Shown here in pieces: positions 15,731 through 21,765 of a stretch of 21,765 nt of DNA. Within the stretch, counting starts at the first letter, position 1, and each line of letters begins with the position of its first letter. The stretch lies in contig CAZYIM010000040.1 of the NCBI GenBank assembly GCA_964647565.1, positions 1 to 21,765 of the forward strand. Reading direction: 5' to 3'. Both the position numbers and the translations under genes were made by a program. The stretch is from an uncultured Methanosarcinales archaeon. GTDB lineage: Archaea > Nanobdellota > Nanobdellia > Woesearchaeales > CAZYIM01. A model generated the notes under the pieces. That model saw nothing but the letters and a program-made list of their open reading frames with translations. It was not told the DNA's origin and did no database searches.

Positions 15731-16960
15731 ATGCTTATTTTTAATAACAGTAAATATGAATTATTCTTCAGCAATAATCTGCCTCCCCTGATTGCATTAA
15801 ACTATGCGGATGAATTATTTTTCAAAGAATTTGAACAACTATGCGGTGTAAGGTACAGGATACTTTCTATAATACGGTCTGGTTGGCAGCAAAAATACGG
15901 CCTTTCTGAAGATATTGAGAAACTCACTACAGTATTTGAGTCAAAGATGGAGAATGAGGTTTGGGCATCAAGTCTGTTAAAAATTTATATCGAAAAATCT
16001 AAGATGTTGAGAGAATTTTTAGAATCGTTATCATTAAAGGTCTATTCTGGTGTTGAGGATTCTGAACTAATCTTAGATATCAAAGAAGTAAGACGGCAAT
16101 CTTCAAGTTTAGATGCGATGAGCAACATGCTGCACTTGTTTAGTTCCTTGGTAGGCTACCAGTTTTTTGAACTATTGCACACTTATTCTGATGATAAAGA
16201 CAAAATAAATCAAAACTTCATCTTTTATACACAACCTATACAAGAAAGTCGATTTGCAAAAATTGAGATTACTGAATTGCCTGATAAGATTGAATTGTCA
16301 ACAAGAGACGCAAATTTTAGCAGAATCTTAAGAATCGGCGCATTTGTGAAAGATGATGTATCTGAACTTCTGGATCTAAGAAAGGATATGATGGAAAATT
16401 TATTTAAAGCTGTTGCTGGACGCATTGGCTGTAGTGCAGAGGATCTTGAATACTTGCAGATATCCGAAATTGAAGATTTTTTATTAAAAAAAGAGTCGCC
16501 TTCAGAGTTGATTGTGCAAAGAAGAGTTGTTACTGTGCTTTTTTATCCTGAAGATAAGTTGGCGGTCTGTGCAGGTGATGATGCAGAGCATTTCATAAAG
16601 GAGGCTAATATGCGGGAGCTTGTTGAAACTAATCAATTTACGATTCTCAAAGGACAGACTGCTTCTTTGGGCAGTGTGACTGGTAAGATAGTGGTTGCTA
16701 ATAATAGTGGAGAGGCACTAAAAAAGATGAAAGAAGGAGACATTCTCGTTGCACCCTATACTGCTGTTGAATATGTTCCCGCAATGCAAAAAGCAGCGGC
16801 AATCATTACTGAGACAGGAGGCATAACATCTCATGCTGCAATTGTATCTAGAGAGCTGAAGATTCCTTGTATTATTGGGGTGAAAGATGCAACAAAAGTC
16901 CTCAAAGATGGTCAACTGGTAGAAGTGGATGCTGACAATGGGTCTATAGAGTTAAAATGA
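15731..16960 (+). CDS. PEP-utilizing enzyme mobile (phospho-His swivel) domain protein
   Basis: C-terminal LKGQTASLG..GDILVAPYT..AIITETGGITSHAAIVSRELKIPCIIG..VEVDADNG; helical N-terminal region. TATTTAAA at 15701-15708 lies about 23 nt upstream. Confidence 0.88.
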   Translation: MLIFNNSKYELFFSNNLPPLIALNYADELFFKEFEQLCGVRYRILSIIRSGWQQKYGLSEDIEKLTTVFESKMENEVWASSLLKIYIEKSKMLREFLESLSLKVYSGVEDSELILDIKEVRRQSSSLDAMSNMLHLFSSLVGYQFFELLHTYSDDKDKINQNFIFYTQPIQESRFAKIEITELPDKIELSTRDANFSRILRIGAFVKDDVSELLDLRKDMMENLFKAVAGRIGCSAEDLEYLQISEIEDFLLKKESPSELIVQRRVVTVLFYPEDKLAVCAGDDAEHFIKEANMRELVETNQFTILKGQTASLGSVTGKIVVANNSGEALKKMKEGDILVAPYTAVEYVPAMQKAAAIITETGGITSHAAIVSRELKIPCIIGVKDATKVLKDGQLVEVDADNGSIELK

Positions 16961-16972
16961 TAATGTTTCTTC

Positions 16973-19285
16973 TCAATAGTTGAAAAGATTGGTCTGAGTG
17001 CTGTTCATTATTATATCATCAAAGTTCTGATTGTAGAAGCAGAGCACAGCATCTGCAATTGGTTTGATTTGTTTCTCTATATAATGCTCATAGTCTATCT
17101 GATGAGTCAGTTTTTGCAGGGGTTCAGGACCTTCGACAGTAAGATAGTACTCGATTATGTTGCTCTCGATCTTGTCAAGCAGTCGGGCAGCCTTGACATG
17201 AGGAGGAGTGGTCTTGGTATATGCATCCAGGTCCTTCCTAAGAGCCTTTCTATATATTAATAGATCATCGAATTTACCATCCTTTAGCTTGTCAACAAAG
17301 TCCTTGATGTATTTGGCAACCTCCTGCTTATGGAATATCTTGTCAAGCAGCGCCATCTGGAATTTCTTTGAGACCTCTGTCCAATCGCGTCTGACAAACT
17401 CAAGGCCTGTGAAATCAATCTTTTCATTACCTTTGTCATCCAGTAAAAGTCCTGCATATCTCTTTTTTGAACCTACCTCGCTGCCCCTTACCTTAGGCAT
17501 TAAGAATCTTATGAATGTTTTCTCAAACTCAAGCTCCATGAAATTATCCCTTTTGTAATCTTTCTTGACCATTTCTTCAAAAAAGGCATTGATCTTTTTC
17601 TGGAGTTTCTGTCCGATCTTTTCAGCATCTTCCGTATTAGCTGCTTCAGTCTTGATGAAAATAGAATCTGTGTCTCCGTAGATGACTTCGTAGCCATCAT
17701 CTTCGACCTTTTCTGCTGTTGTCTTGAGGATATATTGTCCGAAATGGGTTATTGCATTGGCTATATCGTTGCTGTAGAACCTGCAGTTTGGATTTGCCAA
17801 GACCCCGAAAAAAGAGTTCATCAGAATCTTAATAGCATATCTTGCCAGCTCATTCTTGTCTTTCCTGGCCTTGTCTCTTGCGTCCCATAGTTTCTGAATC
17901 AGCATTGGAAGAATGCCATCCTCATTTCTGAAATTAGCTCCATTTGGCGCCTTTACAAGATCCTTGCCTTTTTTGTTTGGAACATAGGAATATGGATCGA
18001 TATTGAAAGTCCTGATGATACTTGGATACAAGCTCTTAAAATCACAGACAACAATGAAATCATAGATTCCTGGAGTTGATTTCATCACATAACCCCCTTT
18101 TATCCGTTCTTCCCTTTCATTGAACTTGGCCGAGGGTGCAACCAATTTCAGCTGTTTTAGCTCCCTTAGGTAGAGAGAGTCTAACGATGCTATGCTTGCC
18201 TTTACCCTATCCAGGGGCATGCCTGTCAATAGGGATCTCTGTATGGTTAGGTTGAGTACTCCAATCTTTTCTAAGATCTTATAGACCAATTCTGCATCCT
18301 TAAGATTATAATCAACCAGTTTCTGTGGATTTTCCATGAATAATTCTTCGATCTCTGCACCTTTTCTATTACTGCTGATCAGCTTTTTCTCACCAAGGAA
18401 TTCCTGGGCTGCCGTGTCAAGCTTATAATCATCCAGTTTGATGAAAGAGGTCTTCAACAAGTGTATGCCGTCCAATACCATCCTGCCGATGAAATTAGCC
18501 TTGGAATCCCTGAAAAAATCTGTGACAATCCTTAGTTTTGATTTCTCTGGGCTTCTTCCCAGATTAAAATCAATCTTGTAAATCTTGAACTTTTCCTGGA
18601 GCTTGGCCAGGTCAAAGTCAATCAGGTTCCAGCCGACCACAATATCTGGGTCAATCTTGAGATATTGCTCCTTGAACTTGTTAAGCAGCTCTTCTTCATC
18701 CTTACAGCTGACTGCATTCTTCAGCTTCTTGTCTGAGATGATAAAGGCTTTCTGGAAGTCTCCACTATATATAGAGATAGAGTAGATGTCCATTGCTTCT
18801 GAATCTGTTTCGATGTCAATAGAGGCGATCTTGAGCTTTGGGATGAAACTGGCTGGTTTTAGCTTAGGTTTGTTGTATAACCTGTCTACATATTCATCTT
18901 TTTCAAACTCTCCTTCTATCTCAAGGCTTCCCTTTAGGTCTAGGTCCATCATGAACCTGTAGGCAAACCTGATGTCAGCCTCATAACATTCAATGCCCTG
19001 ATCCTCGAATGATTTCCTGAGGTCAGGTACATGGCCAGGAACATCTAATATGATCTTAACAGTATCATCGCCACGGAAGGTCTTGAATCCTGATTCTTCA
19101 TCATCGAATTTTTCAATATCCTTGATTCCCTGGGCTTGTTTTAAGTCATTTTTCCTGATATAGAAGTAAGGCCTCAGATAGTTGATGGTCTGGAAAGTTT
19201 CTCCGTTCTCCAGTTTTCCATATAGATGGACATAAGCCTTGCCATCAACAATCCTATATGTTGGATAGAGAATGAAACCTTTCAT
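16973..19285 (-). CDS. polB: Family B DNA polymerase, E. coli Pol II-like
   Basis: Exonuclease SIDIET, GWNLIDFD, YNLKD; polymerase DFKSLYPSIIRTFNIDP, KILMNSFFG, YGDTDS; Pol II-type ELEFE..F.RFLMP..RG...GSKKRYAG. ATG 19285 fits TATA spacing (track 19294). Confidence 0.93.
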   Translation of the reverse strand: MKGFILYPTYRIVDGKAYVHLYGKLENGETFQTINYLRPYFYIRKNDLKQAQGIKDIEKFDDEESGFKTFRGDDTVKIILDVPGHVPDLRKSFEDQGIECYEADIRFAYRFMMDLDLKGSLEIEGEFEKDEYVDRLYNKPKLKPASFIPKLKIASIDIETDSEAMDIYSISIYSGDFQKAFIISDKKLKNAVSCKDEEELLNKFKEQYLKIDPDIVVGWNLIDFDLAKLQEKFKIYKIDFNLGRSPEKSKLRIVTDFFRDSKANFIGRMVLDGIHLLKTSFIKLDDYKLDTAAQEFLGEKKLISSNRKGAEIEELFMENPQKLVDYNLKDAELVYKILEKIGVLNLTIQRSLLTGMPLDRVKASIASLDSLYLRELKQLKLVAPSAKFNEREERIKGGYVMKSTPGIYDFIVVCDFKSLYPSIIRTFNIDPYSYVPNKKGKDLVKAPNGANFRNEDGILPMLIQKLWDARDKARKDKNELARYAIKILMNSFFGVLANPNCRFYSNDIANAITHFGQYILKTTAEKVEDDGYEVIYGDTDSIFIKTEAANTEDAEKIGQKLQKKINAFFEEMVKKDYKRDNFMELEFEKTFIRFLMPKVRGSEVGSKKRYAGLLLDDKGNEKIDFTGLEFVRRDWTEVSKKFQMALLDKIFHKQEVAKYIKDFVDKLKDGKFDDLLIYRKALRKDLDAYTKTTPPHVKAARLLDKIESNIIEYYLTVEGPEPLQKLTHQIDYEHYIEKQIKPIADAVLCFYNQNFDDIIMNSTQTNLFNY

Positions 19286-19332
19286 AGGAGTCATAAGTGA
19301 TAGAATCTATTTAAAGATTTTTATTTAGAAAA

Positions 19333-19354
19333 AATTTGAAAAAATATATAAATG
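19333..19354 (+). promoter_or_regulatory. BRE/TATA promoter, copy 1 of a 22-bp direct repeat
   Basis: AATTTGAAAAAATATATAAATG; the TATA ends about 23 nt before ATG 19375. Confidence 0.7.
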
Positions 19355-19374
19355 ATATAATCAAGGAATAGCTT

Positions 19375-21285
19375 ATGGAAAAAAGAGGTCTTGCTGTAAT
19401 AATAATCTTATTCCTATTTTTCATATCCTCTACTATTGTCAGTGCAGATCCTGTAGAAGGAAAATGTCCTGGTCAAGGGAGATATGAATGTGGTTGTTAT
19501 AATGATAATTACTGCCGGAAATTTGGGACTGTTGATTCCAATGGAATCTGTGAATATGCAAGTAAAAACTGCCAATATGATTCTGATTGTGATATAACTG
19601 ATGATCGTTGTCGGCCGGCCTGTGCCCTTAAACAAAAAGGAGATCCTTGTAAAGCAGGTTATGTCTGTCAAAATGGTGCCTGTGAATTTGATCCTAACCA
19701 AGCTGTCGGTGAGGATTGTACTACTCCTGAGGATGAGGATAATGATAATGAAGGCCAGTGCGGCGATACAGATTGTGAAGGTCTACAATGTGATGCGGGG
19801 GATGCAAGATTCATTTGCCAGAACGGCCAATGCTTAGTAGATCCTGATTTTGTTATGGAATTGGGTCATGTTTATGGAGATCTTCAATGGGAGTCCCAGA
19901 ATGGGGCTGCAGGAAATCATGTTCATGAGAATAATGCGCGGTTCTTCAAAGCAGGAGGGCTTACAAGTACATCTTGGTCTACATGGGTGTTTATATTCAA
20001 AGAAACAAAGCTGAAACTTTTCTTAGGAGCAGATGATTCTGTTGAACTCAAATTCTTAAAGGATGGAAATGAAGCTGCAAAAGTTTCTTACAACTGCAAT
20101 CCTAATTGTGCTGGCAGGAGCCATGACAAGGATAATCCTAAGTATACCATAAAGACAACAGATGCTCTTGATCCTGGTTGGTACAAGATGGAGATGACCT
20201 ATTCTTCAGGAGGCTCTCCGAACTATCTAAATGTCAAATTACAGCAGACAAGCGGCACAGGAGATATGCCTCTTAAGGAGGTTTTTCTGGCATTTAATTC
20301 GCATAGTGAGTTATTTATAGATGGAGACTTGCTCAACTCGACCTGCGATCTTTTTAATCACGCTGCTTGGAACGATACAGTTGATGATGCAGTCCCTGGC
20401 AAAGGCTGTTGTGGAGATGATACTTTTGCAGATGTTGGCTTTCCTGATCCTACTTTAGGCGATATATACTGCTACTATGATGGCAACAGCTATCATTGGG
20501 GATCATTTACAGGTGAAAATGGTGTATGTGCTGTCCAGCTTGGATTGCCTTGGAACGAGCAGGTCTATGTCCCTGGCCAGCACTCCTCGACAGATGGTCA
20601 TGACGGTTGTTGTGGTGATGATGATCCTCGGGTAACTAATGGATTATGCCAAGGTGGGAGCCTCATAGATTGTGTTGGTTTGAGTCCTTGCCCGGTTGAT
20701 TGCACATTGACTCCTGTGATAAAAGAGAATGAGGTCTATATTGATAATTATTGTGAGAGCTTTTCAACGACTCGTATGATCGGGATACGTTCTGAATGTG
20801 ACTCCAGCCATTACTGCGAGACTGATGATGACGATTGCATAGAAGAGCGAAAATATAGTTCTGATGATAATGATAAGAAGTCTTGCGCCACAGTATACAG
20901 GAATGAAAAAAATGATATTCACGGTAGGTCATTGGTTTTTAAGAGCCAGAGATTTAATGACAAATGCTTGTCAGGCGCTGAGTGTGTTGGAGAAACATCA
21001 GCTGACTGCGTTGGTAAAACATATTCTGAATGCTTTGCTGCATCATCAATTGGTTGTGAATGGCAACCCTCTGGAGACGTCTTTTTATCTGATGGACTAA
21101 AAGACCTTGGATTCGGAGGCAGCAACTCGCGTTATCTCTGTTTAAATGATCATGATGCTGGTTCTACTCCAGATATAAAGCTCAATTCAGATTGGAAATG
21201 GTGGGATGCCAAGCAGCAGACTAATGCTTTCCTGATACACACTGTTTCTTTTAATTTGAAAAAATATATAAATGTGGTATTCTAA
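19375..21285 (+). CDS. Secreted Cys-rich surface protein with PA14-like domain and CCGDD repeats
   Basis: Signal peptide, dense Cys repeats, acidic DEDNDNEGQCGDTDC loop, LGADD...PGWY.ME..Y segment (PA14-like), two W(n)CCGDD motifs (20407, 20608). Confidence 0.78.
   Translation: MEKRGLAVIIILFLFFISSTIVSADPVEGKCPGQGRYECGCYNDNYCRKFGTVDSNGICEYASKNCQYDSDCDITDDRCRPACALKQKGDPCKAGYVCQNGACEFDPNQAVGEDCTTPEDEDNDNEGQCGDTDCEGLQCDAGDARFICQNGQCLVDPDFVMELGHVYGDLQWESQNGAAGNHVHENNARFFKAGGLTSTSWSTWVFIFKETKLKLFLGADDSVELKFLKDGNEAAKVSYNCNPNCAGRSHDKDNPKYTIKTTDALDPGWYKMEMTYSSGGSPNYLNVKLQQTSGTGDMPLKEVFLAFNSHSELFIDGDLLNSTCDLFNHAAWNDTVDDAVPGKGCCGDDTFADVGFPDPTLGDIYCYYDGNSYHWGSFTGENGVCAVQLGLPWNEQVYVPGQHSSTDGHDGCCGDDDPRVTNGLCQGGSLIDCVGLSPCPVDCTLTPVIKENEVYIDNYCESFSTTRMIGIRSECDSSHYCETDDDDCIEERKYSSDDNDKKSCATVYRNEKNDIHGRSLVFKSQRFNDKCLSGAECVGETSADCVGKTYSECFAASSIGCEWQPSGDVFLSDGLKDLGFGGSNSRYLCLNDHDAGSTPDIKLNSDWKWWDAKQQTNAFLIHTVSFNLKKYINVVF
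21253..21274 (+). promoter_or_regulatory. BRE/TATA promoter, copy 2 of the 22-bp direct repeat
   Basis: Identical AATTTGAAAAAATATATAAATG inside the 3' end of the upstream CDS, ahead of ATG 21296. Confidence 0.7.
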
Positions 21286-21295
21286 GGATAAGATA

Positions 21296-21765
21296 ATGAA
21301 AAAAAGAGGTCTTATATTCTTAATTGTGTTCTTATTAGTGATTGCCATTGCATCAGCAGATGATGCTATACCTTGTGTTGAAGGGGATGTCAGCCCTTCT
21401 TCAAGTTATGTATTGCCAGCAAATAGACCTGATTGTACTGTTATGTCTTCAAAAGTTATTGATGTGGAAAATAAGACCTATTATTTCAAGACATTGAAGA
21501 TCCAAGATGGCGCTAAGTTAAGATTTAAGAATGCTCTGTATGGTTCTAAATCATGTGCTGCTGGCGGTGCTGGTGCTAGTGGTGGCGGTGGAGATGGCGG
21601 TGCTGGCGGCTATGGCGGTACTGGCGGTTGTCCTGGTCAGTATGGTTCAAATGGGCGTTATGGAGAAGAAGAGAAAAATAAAGGTACAAGCGGTTCGCAA
21701 GGCGTAAGAGGTAGTCCTGGAGCTGTCTTTACTATCCAAGCTGTTTCGATTGAGATTAATGGCAT
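21296..21765 (+). CDS. Partial CDS (runs off right edge): secreted glycine-rich protein
   Basis: Not in ORF track. Manual translation: MKKRGLIFLIVFLLVIAIASADDAIPCVEG...YYFKTLKIQDGAKLRF...AGGAGASGGGGDGGAGGYGGTGGCPGQYGSNG...GSPGAVFTIQAVSIEING, open to the end of the window. Confidence 0.85.
   Translation, partial: MKKRGLIFLIVFLLVIAIASADDAIPCVEGDVSPSSSYVLPANRPDCTVMSSKVIDVENKTYYFKTLKIQDGAKLRFKNALYGSKSCAAGGAGASGGGGDGGAGGYGGTGGCPGQYGSNGRYGEEEKNKGTSGSQGVRGSPGAVFTIQAVSIEING

Noticed and set aside
1428..18785. Numerous 60-165 aa antisense or out-of-frame ORFs in the track
   Set aside because: They lie within long motif-bearing genes and look like shadow ORFs.
21560..21630. GGCGGT-type tandem repeats as a CRISPR array or VNTR
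   Set aside because: Explained by Gly-rich codons; there is no repeat-spacer structure and no cas gene.

Overview
AT-rich archaeal DNA, most likely DPANN (Woesearchaeota/Pacearchaeota-like). This is inferred from BRE/TATA promoters about 23 nt upstream of leaderless ATGs, a truncated MCM paralog, a stand-alone PEP-utilizer protein and CCGDD-type Cys-rich surface proteins. The core is a tightly coupled 10-gene minus-strand operon (13708->2879). It starts like a His-Xaa-Ser (Hxs) RiPP-type system (two HxsD-like genes, hxsB, an HxsC-like radical SAM), but I find no His-Xaa-Ser precursor. Instead it carries a membrane-anchored protein, a 152-aa protein ending in a tandem NGW motif, a B12-dependent radical SAM, a radical SAM/SPASM enzyme and a DUF362-ferredoxin protein that share an extra Cys-containing C-terminal module, and a radical SAM-GT9 glycosyltransferase fusion. 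A 189-bp MITE (17-bp perfect TIRs, 9-bp target-site duplication, nested three-way-junction fold) follows the operon, then an ArnT/PMT-like glycosyltransferase. To the right are a ferredoxin, an MCM AAA+ core with a divergent stand-alone MCM-type winged-helix gene, a PEP-utilizer mobile-domain protein, an E. coli Pol II-like family B polymerase, and two secreted proteins with a duplicated promoter/signal-peptide cassette. All calls are by eye; no searches were run.
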